This document shows positions 1 to 9,748 of a stretch of 64,000 nucleotides of DNA, one piece after another. Where the stretch lies: the NCBI GenBank assembly GCA_963708025.1, contig CAVPSB010000013.1, positions 224,001 through 288,000 of the forward strand, in the 5' to 3' direction. Position 1 is the stretch's first letter. Every line of letters starts with the position of its first letter. The notes beneath the pieces are model-generated. The model searched no databases and had not been told where the DNA came from. It saw only the letters and a list, made by a program, of their open reading frames with translations. Made by a program: the position numbers and the translations under genes. Origin of the DNA: an uncultured Candidatus Rokubacteria bacterium (lineage in GTDB: Bacteria > Methylomirabilota > Methylomirabilia > Rokubacteriales > DASRDR01).

Positions 1-1137
1 CCGGATGTCCACGTCCTCGTCCACCGCGACGCAGTACAGGATCCGGTTCATCTCGGCGCCGAAGGCGGCCAGGATGGCCTTCCGCGGCTGGCCCTCGAAC
101 TGCTTCGTCAGCTTGAGGACGCAGAACTGGAGGAGCGGCCAGCACGCGACGTCGGTGACCGTGGGCACCCACGTGCGCACCGCGCGGTAGATGCTGCCGG
201 CGGTCGGGATGCTCGACATGGTGATCTCTTCGGTCGAGCCGGAGAGGATGGCGTAGAAGAGGGCCCCGGGCCGGGCGGTGACCCGGCGCACGGCCAGCAC
301 GTGGTTGTCGGTCACCGGCACGTAGTAGTCCATCCACTCGCCGAACGGTCCCTCCGGCCGCCGGACGTTGGGGAGCAGCGCGCCCTCGATGACGATCTCG
401 GTCGCGGCCGGCACCTCGAGGTTGACGGTCCGGCACCGGCGGAGCGGGACGCGACAGCCGGCGATCCGTTCGGTCAGCTCCAGCTCGCTCTCCTCCGGAC
501 CGATCGTCGCCCCCGCGGCCACCATGAGGGCCGGCGCATTCCCGATCAGCACCGCGACCTCGAGGGGCTGCCCGCGCTGCTCCGCGGTGGCGTGCATCCG
601 GTACAGATCGCCGGAGGTGCTCAGGCGGCAGCGCAGCTCGCTGGCGTTGACGATCTGCATCCGGTGATAGGAGAGGTTGACCCGGCCGGTGTCGGGCTCC
701 TTGGCCAGGACCACGCCGGCGGTGATGTAGGGTCCGGCGTCCTTCTCGCAGAACGTGAGGAGCGGCAGGTCCAGCAGGGAGCACTCCTCGTGGTCGTTGA
801 CGCCCGGCGAGCACGGCGTGGCCGGGAGCGGGCGCCGGTCCGCCACCAGCCCGGCCCACGTCCGGACCACGGCGTCGGGCTCGACGCCGAGCACCCGGGC
901 GACCCCCTCGTAGCTGCCGCAGAGGTTGCTGACGACCGGGAAGGCCGTCCCCCGCACCCGCTCGAACAGGACCGGCCGGTTGCGGGTGCGCTGGATCTCC
1001 CGGAGGACGGCCGCCAGCTCGAACTTCGGCTCGACCTCCTTCTTGACCCGGACCAGGAGCTGCTCGGCATCGAGCCGGGCCAGGAAGCTGCGGAGGCTCG
1101 CCACCGGGGACATCGCCGGGGAGGAGTCGTCGTTCAT
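1..1137 (-). CDS. UbiD-family (prFMN-dependent) decarboxylase, runs off the window start; not in ORF track
   Basis: Manual minus-strand translation MNDDSSPAMSPVASLRSFLARLDAEQLLVRVKKEVEPKFELAAV...; contains KDAGPYITAG and EGPFGEWMDYY, typical UbiD motifs. Confidence 0.9.
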   Translation of the reverse strand, partial: MNDDSSPAMSPVASLRSFLARLDAEQLLVRVKKEVEPKFELAAVLREIQRTRNRPVLFERVRGTAFPVVSNLCGSYEGVARVLGVEPDAVVRTWAGLVADRRPLPATPCSPGVNDHEECSLLDLPLLTFCEKDAGPYITAGVVLAKEPDTGRVNLSYHRMQIVNASELRCRLSTSGDLYRMHATAEQRGQPLEVAVLIGNAPALMVAAGATIGPEESELELTERIAGCRVPLRRCRTVNLEVPAATEIVIEGALLPNVRRPEGPFGEWMDYYVPVTDNHVLAVRRVTARPGALFYAILSGSTEEITMSSIPTAGSIYRAVRTWVPTVTDVACWPLLQFCVLKLTKQFEGQPRKAILAAFGAEMNRILYCVAVDEDVDIR

Positions 1138-1149
1138 GCCGCTCACCTC

Positions 1150-1314
1150 TTCGGGACCTTCCGCCCACCCGATCCTTCGACGGCCTTCGGCCTTTGGCCC
1201 CCTCCCGTCTGACGGGATCGCCGGGACGGCGAGGGCCTACGGCCCTCGCGACGTCCCGTCCCTCCGGTGGGCACCGGGGGGAGGGGGGAGCCGGAGGCCT
1301 CGATTGCTTCACAC
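1150..1314 (+). repeat. Intergenic repeat family A copy
   Basis: Starts TTCGGGACCTTCCGCCCACCC, ends GATTGCTTCACAC; closely matches the reverse complement of 11024-11199. Confidence 0.85.
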
Positions 1315-1318
1315 CCTC

Positions 1319-1994
1319 TTAGCGCCTGAGCTCGGCCGCGGGCGGATCGATCGCCCGCAGCCGGTACAGCTCCATCTCCGGTCGATAGCGCGCCCACAGC
1401 TCGGCGAGCCGTCCGATCGGATCGCTCTCCGCCCAGTCCACCCGCAGGTTGACGAGGGGGAAGCTGTCGTGGGCGACGACCCGGAGTCCCGCCGAGTGCT
1501 CGTTCCCACCGACCTCCCCGCCGGCAGCCTTGCCGACCTCGAGCGCGCGCACGAGCCGGTCGGCGAGGTGGAAGTCCGCGGCCGCCCGGAACGCCGCCGC
1601 CATGGCGGGAACCACCGTCTCGGAGGCCAGGAGGTTGCCCGTCACCGCGAGGTTCGGCTCGCTCAGCTCGGCCGCGGTCGGGAACGCCTTGGCGCCCGTC
1701 CACGTCGCGCTCGCGCCATCGCGATCGACGCAGGCCAGCTGCCGGTACTCGGGGTACCGGCCACCCCGGACCAGCTCGTTCGACGACTGCCCGGGCGCCG
1801 TAACCCTGCCGCAGGAGCGAGAGGCCGAGCTGCCCGAGCCCAGGATCGGTGACGTTCTGGGTGGTGACGCCCCCCGCGTTCGCCTCCAGCCACACGCAGC
1901 GGGCCGCCACGCAGATGCTCGAGGTCGTGATCGCGATGCCGAGCATCCCCGTGCGCTCGCAGCGCGCCACCAGGCTGTAAGTGTGGGTCACCAT
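1319..1994 (-). CDS. DUF1028 family (Ntn-hydrolase-like) protein, one frameshift near 1778
   Basis: N-terminus TYSLVARCERTGMLGIAITTSS joins a C-terminal frame with GNLLASE...SAGLRV...LRVDWAESDPI. Confidence 0.85.
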
Positions 1995-2005
1995 GGCCGA
2001 CGGTG

Positions 2006-3247
2006 CTACGCGGGGCCGGTGCCGGTCCGGGCCGCCGGGCCGGTCCCCAGCTCGGCCTCCCAGGCCTGCTGGGTCGCGATGTCCTGCGTCCACGGGCGCA
2101 TCAGCGCCGCCGCCCGCGCATCGCGCGCGTACCTCTCCAGCGGGTAGCGCTTCAGCATCGCCCGGCCGCCGCAGACCCGGATCGCCTCCGCCGTGATCTC
2201 GACCACCCCGCGCTGGATCGTGACGTGGGCGGCGCGGGCCCGCTGCTCGATCTCCTGGCCCGGGTCCAGGCGGCACTCCGAGATCGACCGGTAGAAGAGC
2301 GCCCGGGCCGCCTCGACGGTGAAAAGCATCTGGGCCACGGCGAAGCCCTTCGCCGGGGCCTCCGCCGGCAGGCCGGGTGACCCGGCCACCCGCCCGGTCA
2401 GGTACGCGAGGGCGAAGTCGTAGGCTGCCTGCATGAGTCCGAGGAACGTCGCCGAGAAGGAGAGCGCGCCGTGGGGGAAGGTGTCGTACAGGGCCCCGAA
2501 CCCGCCGGGGGGCAGGAGGCTCGCCTCCTCGGGGACGAAGACGTTCGTGAGGACCATGTCCCGGCTGACGGTGGCGCGCATCCCCATCGGGTCCCACTCG
2601 CCCTCGAACTCGACGCCGGCGGCGTCCCGGGGAATCGCGAGGTAGAGGGTCCGCTCGATCCACGGCCCGTCGGCGAGCAGCAGCGCGGGAGTCGCGTAGT
2701 AGTCGGCGGCTCCGGCCAGCGACACGAAGAACTTCCGCCCGTTCACGACGTAGCCACCCTCGACCCGCTCGGCCCGCGTCCCGAACCGCCGGCCCCCGAC
2801 CTTGAGCTGATCGGCCTGCCCCAGCTCCACCGGCTCGCTGTGCGGCTGCGCGTACACCGCTCCCTGCTCCACGACTTCCCGGAACCGCCCGGCTCGACGG
2901 CGCTCGTGCAGGGCGCGGGCGTCGGGTGGGAGCGCCATCTGATCGGCGATCTCGCCCATCATGAGCATCGTGGTGCAGTGCATGTTGTACATCAGCGCGG
3001 TGGAGGCGTTGCCACGCGCGATCTGCTCCGCCACCAGGCAGTAGGTCTCGAAGCCGGCGCCGAGTCCCCCGTACCGGGCCGGCACGCAGAGGGCCAGCAG
3101 CCCGGCCTCCCGCAGATCGTTGAAGTCGTCGTGGGGAAAGGACGCCTCCCGGTCGTACTTCTCGGCGCGCGGGGCAAAGCGCTCGGTGGCGAGCCGGTAG
3201 GCGAGGCCCGTGACCTCGCGCTGCTGGGATGTCAGGGTGAGATCCAT
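2006..3247 (-). CDS. Acyl-CoA dehydrogenase-fold flavoprotein (possibly a flavin monooxygenase)
   Basis: 413 aa; VPARYGGLG, NGRKFFVS, WDPMGMRATVS, LERYARDARA. Confidence 0.85.
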   Translation of the reverse strand: MDLTLTSQQREVTGLAYRLATERFAPRAEKYDREASFPHDDFNDLREAGLLALCVPARYGGLGAGFETYCLVAEQIARGNASTALMYNMHCTTMLMMGEIADQMALPPDARALHERRRAGRFREVVEQGAVYAQPHSEPVELGQADQLKVGGRRFGTRAERVEGGYVVNGRKFFVSLAGAADYYATPALLLADGPWIERTLYLAIPRDAAGVEFEGEWDPMGMRATVSRDMVLTNVFVPEEASLLPPGGFGALYDTFPHGALSFSATFLGLMQAAYDFALAYLTGRVAGSPGLPAEAPAKGFAVAQMLFTVEAARALFYRSISECRLDPGQEIEQRARAAHVTIQRGVVEITAEAIRVCGGRAMLKRYPLERYARDARAAALMRPWTQDIATQQAWEAELGTGPAARTGTGPA

Positions 3248-3289
3248 GTGATCGGCTCGAGCCGGATGCGTGGTGCCGACTCTACGCGC

Positions 3290-4913
3290 TCATGTCTTGT
3301 AACCGCCGGCCAGCATCTGTCGGAGGAGCTTCTTGTCGAACTTGCCGACGCTCGTCTTGGGGACCTGCTCCAGGAAGACCACGTCGTCGGGCAAGGCCCA
3401 CTTGGCCACCTGCGGGCGGAGGAAGTCGAGCAGCTCCCCGGCGGTCAGGCTCCCGCGGTGCTCCGGCTTGGGGACGACACAGGCCAGGGGCCGCTCGACC
3501 CACCGGGGATGGGGAACCGCGATGACGGCGGCCTCCAGCACCTTGGGGTGGGCCATCAGCAGGCCTCTCCATGTCGACGCTGGAGATCCACTCGCCGCCC
3601 GACTTGATGAGGTCCTTCGTCCGGTCGGTGATCTGGATGTAGCCCTCGGCGTCGATGCTCACCACGTCGCCCGTCCGGAACCAGCCGTCGGCCGTGAACT
3701 GCTGCGCGCCCTCCGGGTTGTCGTAGTAGGCCCTCACGACCCAGGGGCCGCGCACCTGCAGCTCCCCGATCGTCTTGCCGTCCCACGGCACCTCCTGTCC
3801 CTGGTCGTCGACCGCCCGGAGGTCGATGCCGGCCACGGCGTAGCCCTGCTTGGCGCGCACCGCGTAGCGCTGCTCGTCGGGCCAGGCGGCCATGTACGAC
3901 TTGAGCCGGGAGACGGTTCCCAGCGGCGTCGTCTCGGTCATGCCCCAGGCATGGGTCATGGCGACGCCGAGCTTCTTCTCGTACACCTCGATCAGGCTCC
4001 GGGGAGCCGCCGAGCCGCCGATCGGGATGCAGCGGATCGAGGAGAGGTCGAACGCCTCCTTCTCGACCAGCTCCTTGATGGCGATCCACACGGTCGGGAC
4101 CGCGCCGACGAAGGTCACCTTCTCGGCCTGCACGATCGCGGCGATGTCGCGCGGCTGGGGCGCGGGGCCGCCGAAGATCTGGGTGGCGCCGACCATGACG
4201 CCGGCGAACGGCACGCACCAGGCGTTGGCGTGGAACATCGGCACGATGTGGAGGATGACGTCGCGCTCGGACAGGGCCAGCGTGTCGGTCATCGCCACGC
4301 CCATCGAGTGCAGGAAGATGGCGCGGTGGCTGTAGACGACGCCCTTGGGATGGCCGGTGGTGCCCGAGGTGTAGCACATCCCGGCGGCGGCGTTCTCGTC
4401 GAGCCGGGGCCAGTCGGTGACCGGGCGCGCCTCGCCGAGGAGGCTCTCGTAGGCGTGGACGCCGGGCGGGACGTCCCCGGAGCTGTCGGGCATGATGACG
4501 TAGTGCCGGACCGTCCGCAGCTCGGAGCGGATCGGCTCGATGACGGACCACAGGCTGGCGTCGACGAAGAGCACCGAGTCGCCCGCGTGGTTGACGATGT
4601 AGGCGATGTCCGCGGGCGCCAGCCGGATGTTGACGGTGTGGAGCACGGCGCCGGACAGCGGCGCCGCCCAGTACAGCTCGAGGTGCCGGTGCGAGTTCCA
4701 GCCAAACGTGCCGACCCGATCCCCTCGTCCGATGCCGAGGGCTCCGAGGGCCCCGGCCAGGCGACACACCCGGTCCGCGAACTCCCCGTACGTGTACCGG
4801 AACAGGGGGCGTCCCGGGACCCGGGTCGCGAGCTGCTTCTTCGGGAAGAGCCGGCGACTGCGCTCGAAGAAGTGGGTCAGGGTCAGCGGGTAGTCCATCA
4901 TGAGCCCGGTCAT
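3290..4913 (-). CDS. Acyl-CoA ligase (long-chain fatty acid / DmdB-like), frameshift near 3560
   Basis: YTSGTTGHPKG, WGMTET, FRTGD, DRTKDLIKSGGEWISS; C-terminal PKTSVGKFDKK lies in another frame. Confidence 0.9.
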
Positions 4914-5024
4914 GTCCGATCCCTCCCCTTGTCCGGACGGTCCGGACGGTCCGGACGCGCGCGGTTGCCCCCGCGCCCCGGTGTGCTCCGACCGGTCATT
5001 GTAGCGCGCGCGGCCGGCCGGCGC

Positions 5025-5053
5025 TTGACGCCCGCAGGTGGCCAGCGTACGGT
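5025..5053 (+). promoter_or_regulatory. Putative sigma70 promoter for the response regulator gene
   Basis: TTGACG-17 bp-TACGGT upstream of GGAGG and ATG 5098. Confidence 0.45.
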
Positions 5054-5097
5054 ACAGTGAGGTGCCCGATCCAGCCGCCGGAGCGGAGGAATCCACC

Positions 5098-5502
5098 ATG
5101 TCAGGCGAGCGGCGGCGGGTCCTCGTGGTCGACGACGACGCGGGGATCACGTTGACCTTCGAGAAGATCCTGCAGGGCGAGGGCTACGAGGTCGCCACCG
5201 CGACCGACGGCGTCGAAGCGATCGAGCTGGCCCGCCAGTCGCCCTTCGATTGCGTCCTGCTCGACCTGGTCATGCCGCGCATGGACGGGCTGACCACCCT
5301 CCACTACCTCAACACGGTGGCGCCTCAGGCCCGCGTCGTCATCCTGTCCGCCCACCTCGGCCGGAACTGGGAGGCCGAGGCGCTGCGCCTCGGCGCGGCG
5401 GCGGTGATGCCCAAGCCCCCGGACATCGCCAAGCTCCTCCGCCTCTGCGACGAGCTGATTCGCCAGAGCCGACCGCCCGCCGACACCGCCCGTCCCGCCT
5501 GA
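5098..5502 (+). CDS. Stand-alone response regulator receiver protein
   Basis: VLVVDDD, LLDLVMPRMDG, KP motifs. Confidence 0.9.
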   Translation: MSGERRRVLVVDDDAGITLTFEKILQGEGYEVATATDGVEAIELARQSPFDCVLLDLVMPRMDGLTTLHYLNTVAPQARVVILSAHLGRNWEAEALRLGAAAVMPKPPDIAKLLRLCDELIRQSRPPADTARPA

Positions 5503-5541
5503 GAAGGCCGGAGGGCTCGACGGCCCTCCGGAACGAGCCGT

Positions 5542-6195
5542 TCAGCCGTGGAGCCCTCGGACCGCGGTCAGTAGCTCCTCGTCGGTTGGGAACTTGCCGA
5601 TCCCGGCAAGTCCATCCCGGTCGCACTCGATGTTGGTCCAGCGGACGATACCCTCCCCATCCACGAGGAATTGCCCCAGGAACTGGAGGTACGGCCGGGC
5701 GGCATCCTCCCGATCGGTCGGCGTCGACTCGAAGCCCTCCAGGCGGCTGAGCGCGGCGGAGGCCTCGCGCACCGGCAACGCCGCCGGCAACTCACCGCTC
5801 GGGTTCACCGGCGTCATCCAGTTGGCCTCCCCGATCTCGGCCCTCGGGGGTGCTGGCACCCCGTAGAGGCGATGGGTGCCGAACTGGGGGTCGGCGGCGA
5901 CTCGAAGCCGCGGAGGGTGATAGCGGAAGTAGAACCGGGCGTTCTCGGGGGTGGTGGCGACGACGGCGAGCGCCTCCACGCCTTCGCCCTTGAGCCGCTC
6001 CCCCGCCTGCCCCATGCGGGCGATCGCCCGGCGGCAGAACGGGCAGTAGGTCCCGCGGAAGAGCCCGAGCAGCAGGGTCCGGCCGCGGTAATCGCCCAGC
6101 GACAGCGTCCCTTCCCGATCCGCCGCCGGCAACGTGAACTCGGGGGCGCGATCGCCGGGCTGGAGAGCTGGACCCCGATCGAAGTCAGTCATCAT
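5542..6195 (-). CDS. AhpC/TSA (peroxiredoxin-like) redoxin
   Basis: PGDRAPEFTLP, FRGTYCPFC. Confidence 0.8.
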   Translation of the reverse strand: MMTDFDRGPALQPGDRAPEFTLPAADREGTLSLGDYRGRTLLLGLFRGTYCPFCRRAIARMGQAGERLKGEGVEALAVVATTPENARFYFRYHPPRLRVAADPQFGTHRLYGVPAPPRAEIGEANWMTPVNPSGELPAALPVREASAALSRLEGFESTPTDREDAARPYLQFLGQFLVDGEGIVRWTNIECDRDGLAGIGKFPTDEELLTAVRGLHG

Positions 6196-6291
6196 GAACC
6201 CACCCCTGTATGAGAGCATAGCCGACCACGGACTCGATTCCCGATCGAATCACCCGGCGAGACCCGCAGACATCGCGGCCGTCCTCCCGTC

Positions 6292-7779
6292 TCAGCTCGC
6301 GGCGAGGGCGCGGGCGCGCTCGGCCAGCCGGCGGTCGATGGCCTCGATCCGCCCCCGGTAGCCCTCGAGCCAGGCGCGCGCTTCGTCCAGCCCGGCACGG
6401 TAGCGGGCCAGGCTGGCGGCGAGCGGAGCCGGCGCCGGGCCGCCGGGCAGCGTGCGCACGGCGATGAAGTGCTCCGGCGTGGTGTACCGGCGGAGGTCCG
6501 CCTCGCCGAGCCGGGGCGGACGGCCCGCCACGGCCGAGAAGGCCTCGGCGAACGCCGCGTAAGGGACGGTCGGGAACCGCTCGCCGCGGCCCAGCATCTC
6601 CTTCACCAGGCGCCCGACGACCTCGTGCCCCTGGCGGAAGGAGAGGCCCTCGACGCGCACCAGCGAGTCGGCCAGCTCGGTCGCCGTGATGCAGCTCTCC
6701 TCGATGTGGCGGCGCACCCGCGCCTCGTCGATCCGGGCGGCGCGGATGAACCCGGCCAGGAGCCGGAGCGCCCGGCTGCCCGCCTCGAACGCGGCGTAGC
6801 CCGCCACCTGGATCTCACCCTCGGCGTCGTTCACGTCGGTGAACGGCGTGTTGTGGAGCGCGTCGATCGGGATGTTCGCGCGGCCGGCGGCCAGGGAGCA
6901 GAGGAGCCGCAGGTGCTCGACCGGCACCGGGTTGCGCTTCTGCGGCATGATCGAGCTCACCTGCACGTAGGCGTCCGGCACGTAGAGGTGCCCGGTCTCG
7001 AAGCCGGTCCAGGCGTTGAGGTCCTGCACGAAGCGGCCGAGGTGGACGAACAGAAGGCGCAGGGGTCCGTAGACGCCGGTCACGTAGTCGCTGGCGGCGA
7101 TGCAGCCGTAGGCGTTCTCCTGCACCTCGGCGAACCCGAGGAGCTCGGCCATCGCCGCCCGATCGAGGGGAAAGCCGGAGGTGGTGATCGCGGCCGCTCC
7201 CATGGGGCACAGGTCGGGATAGCGGCTGGCCTGGCGCAGGCGCTCCACGTCGCGCAGCAGCAGCTCGATCACCGCGCCCAGGTAGTGCCCGTAGGTCGTG
7301 GGCTGGGCCGGCTGGCCGTGGGTATAGGCCACGACCAGCGTCGCCCGGTTGGCCTCGGCCACCTCGAGCAGGGCCGCGATGGCGCCGAGCAGGTCGGCGA
7401 GCAGGTCGGCCAGGCGCTCCTTGAGCGCCATCTTGAAGACCGTGTGGTCGATGTCGTTGCGGCTGCGCCCGGTGTGGAGCTTGCCGGCCGTCTCGACGCC
7501 GAGCCGGCGCCGCAGCTCCGCCTCGACGAGGAAGAAGAAGTCCTCGTGCTCGCCGGTGTAGGCGAGGGCGGGGACGTCGGTCGTCGCCTCGATGTCGTCG
7601 AGCGCCTGTAGGATCGCGGCCGCCTCCGCCCGGGACAGCAGGCCCTGGGCGGCCAGCATGATCGCGCTGGCCCGGTTGACCCGCATCTGCTGGCGCCAGT
7701 GGTGCTGCTTCACGCCCTCGAACAGCGGAGCCAGGACCGTCTCGCGATACACCGGCGCCGGAAACGTCTCCTCAGTCAT
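6292..7779 (-). CDS. Argininosuccinate lyase-like enzyme (fumarate lyase superfamily)
   Basis: HTGRSRND, YTHGQPAQP, SSIMPQKRNP signatures. Confidence 0.85.
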   Translation of the reverse strand: MTEETFPAPVYRETVLAPLFEGVKQHHWRQQMRVNRASAIMLAAQGLLSRAEAAAILQALDDIEATTDVPALAYTGEHEDFFFLVEAELRRRLGVETAGKLHTGRSRNDIDHTVFKMALKERLADLLADLLGAIAALLEVAEANRATLVVAYTHGQPAQPTTYGHYLGAVIELLLRDVERLRQASRYPDLCPMGAAAITTSGFPLDRAAMAELLGFAEVQENAYGCIAASDYVTGVYGPLRLLFVHLGRFVQDLNAWTGFETGHLYVPDAYVQVSSIMPQKRNPVPVEHLRLLCSLAAGRANIPIDALHNTPFTDVNDAEGEIQVAGYAAFEAGSRALRLLAGFIRAARIDEARVRRHIEESCITATELADSLVRVEGLSFRQGHEVVGRLVKEMLGRGERFPTVPYAAFAEAFSAVAGRPPRLGEADLRRYTTPEHFIAVRTLPGGPAPAPLAASLARYRAGLDEARAWLEGYRGRIEAIDRRLAERARALAAS

Positions 7780-7831
7780 CGGCTCCCTCCGCAACTCCTC
7801 GAGGCGGCACAGTCATGGTGGACGTTCTCTG

Positions 7832-7976
7832 GGGCGGGGCCGAGGAGCGAGCAGCGCCCCCAGGCCGAAGGCCGTCCGAAGGACGCAGGGAGTCGCCGAC
7901 CGGAGGCGTACTCCGAGTACGCCGAGGATCGGCGACGACCGAGGACGACGCGATGCGAAGCTCATCGGCCCCGCCC
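7832..7976. repeat. Repeat family B (MITE-like, 12-bp terminal inverted repeats) copy 1
   Basis: GGGCGGGGCCGA...TCGGCCCCGCCC; inverted near-identical copy at 12407-12530. Confidence 0.85.
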
Positions 7977-7988
7977 CGGCCCCGCCCG

Positions 7989-8810
7989 CTACTCCTTGAG
8001 GCCGGCCAGCATCACGCCCCTAATGATGTACCGCTGGAGCCCGATAAAGACCAGGAGCGTGGGGAGGGTCGCGATGCTGGCCCCGGTCATCACCATCTCC
8101 CACTCGGTCTGGAACTCGCTCGAGAACGAGGCGAGCCCGACCGGCAGCGTGTAGAGGCCCTTGTCGGTGATGGCGATAAGGGGCCAGAGGAAGGCGGTCC
8201 AGTTCCCCAGGAAGGTGAAGATGGCGAGGGCCGACAGCGCCGGGGTCACCAGCGGCAGGGCGATCCGCCACCAGATGCGGAACTCGCCGAGCCCGTCGAC
8301 GCGCGCGGCGTCGATCAGATCGTCCGGCACGCCCTCGAAGAACTGCTTCATCAGGAAGGCGCCGAAGCCCGTCATCATCCCGGGAAACATGATGCCCCAG
8401 TAGGTGTCGAGCCAGCCCAGGCGCTTGCTCAGCACGTACCAGGGGAGGACCAGCATCTCGGTGGGGATCATGAGCGTGCTGAGGACGGCCACGAAGACCA
8501 CGAAGCGGCCGCGGAAGCGGAACTTCGCGAGGGTGTAGCCGACCAGGCTGTCGAAGAACAGGACCGAGAGCGTGGTGGCGGTCGCGATCACCAGCGAGTT
8601 CCCGAACCAGCGCGGGAACCCGGAGGCGCCGAGCAGCCGCCGGTAGTTGGCCAGCGTCGGCGAGTGGGGCAGGAGCGACAGCTCGTAGACCTCGGCGTTG
8701 GGCTTGAGCGACGTCGACAGCATGTAGACGAAGGGCATCACCATCAGCACGCCGCCGAGGAACAGCAGGGCCCACGCCACCATCCGACCCCGCCCGGTCC
8801 CTCCCCTCAT
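7989..8810 (-). CDS. Carbohydrate ABC transporter permease (MalG-like)
   Basis: DAARVDG EAA loop, multiple TM segments. Confidence 0.9.
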   Translation of the reverse strand: MRGGTGRGRMVAWALLFLGGVLMVMPFVYMLSTSLKPNAEVYELSLLPHSPTLANYRRLLGASGFPRWFGNSLVIATATTLSVLFFDSLVGYTLAKFRFRGRFVVFVAVLSTLMIPTEMLVLPWYVLSKRLGWLDTYWGIMFPGMMTGFGAFLMKQFFEGVPDDLIDAARVDGLGEFRIWWRIALPLVTPALSALAIFTFLGNWTAFLWPLIAITDKGLYTLPVGLASFSSEFQTEWEMVMTGASIATLPTLLVFIGLQRYIIRGVMLAGLKE

Positions 8811-9748
8811 CGCGACCGGAGCAGGCGCATCTGGAGCAGCGAGACCCCGAGCAGGATCACGAAGAGCACCACGGTCTGGGCGGCGGCGTAGCCCATCTCG
8901 AAGTGCCCGAAGGCGGTCTCGTAGATCTTCAGGACCAGCGGCTTGGTCGAGTCGAGCGGGCCGCCCTGGCCGCCGGTCATGCTGTAGACGTAGTCGAAGA
9001 TGCGCAGGAAGCCGATCGAGCTGACGACCACCAGGAACACGATGGTCGGCCGCAGCAGCGGGAGCGTGATGTCGAGGAGGATGCGCCAGGCCCCGGCGCC
9101 GTCGATCGCGGCGGCCTCGTAGTAGCCGGACGGGATCGCCTTGAGCCCGGCCAGGAAGATCACGACCTGGAAGCCGAGGGCGGCCCAGATGGCGGGGGCG
9201 AGGACCGCGTACAGCGCCTGCTCGGTCGAGCGCAGGAAGGGCTGCTGGGAAAAGCCGAGCGCCACCAGCAGGCCGTTGAAGAGGCCGACCGGCACCGGCT
9301 GGTAGAACCAGCGCCAGACCCAGGCCATGGCGACGGCGGTCGTGAGGTGGGGCACGAAGTAGAGCGCGCGCAGGAGCGCGTGGCCGGCCCGGACCCGGTC
9401 GAGGTAGTAGGCGACGACGAAGGAGAGGACGAGGCTGACGGCGACGCCGGCCGCCAGGTACTGGAAGGTGTTGCCCATGACCGTCCAGAAGGCGGGGTCG
9501 GTGGCCAGGCGCCGGTAGTTGGCGAGGCCGACGAACCGCCGGGCGCCGACGATGTTCCAGTCGGTGAGCGACATGAGGAACGCGTCGGCCGCCGGGTAGA
9601 AGCGGATGCCGGCGTAGAAGGCGACCGGCACCGCGAGAAACGCCCACGCGCAGAGGGCCCGCCGGGTGCGGAGCGAGAGCCGGGCCAGCAGGCCGGGCGG
9701 CGGGCCGCCGGGCCGGCGGGGCGCCGCCGGCCCGGCCTCGGGGGTCAC
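8807..9748 (-). CDS. Carbohydrate ABC transporter permease (MalF-like)
   Basis: FVGLANY, YYEAAAIDGA; GTG start overlaps the upstream stop. Confidence 0.9.
   Translation of the reverse strand: MTPEAGPAAPRRPGGPPPGLLARLSLRTRRALCAWAFLAVPVAFYAGIRFYPAADAFLMSLTDWNIVGARRFVGLANYRRLATDPAFWTVMGNTFQYLAAGVAVSLVLSFVVAYYLDRVRAGHALLRALYFVPHLTTAVAMAWVWRWFYQPVPVGLFNGLLVALGFSQQPFLRSTEQALYAVLAPAIWAALGFQVVIFLAGLKAIPSGYYEAAAIDGAGAWRILLDITLPLLRPTIVFLVVVSSIGFLRIFDYVYSMTGGQGGPLDSTKPLVLKIYETAFGHFEMGYAAAQTVVLFVILLGVSLLQMRLLRSR

Noticed and set aside
6292-7779. Assigning gene symbol argH
   Set aside because: The superfamily is clear but the context suggests a paralog
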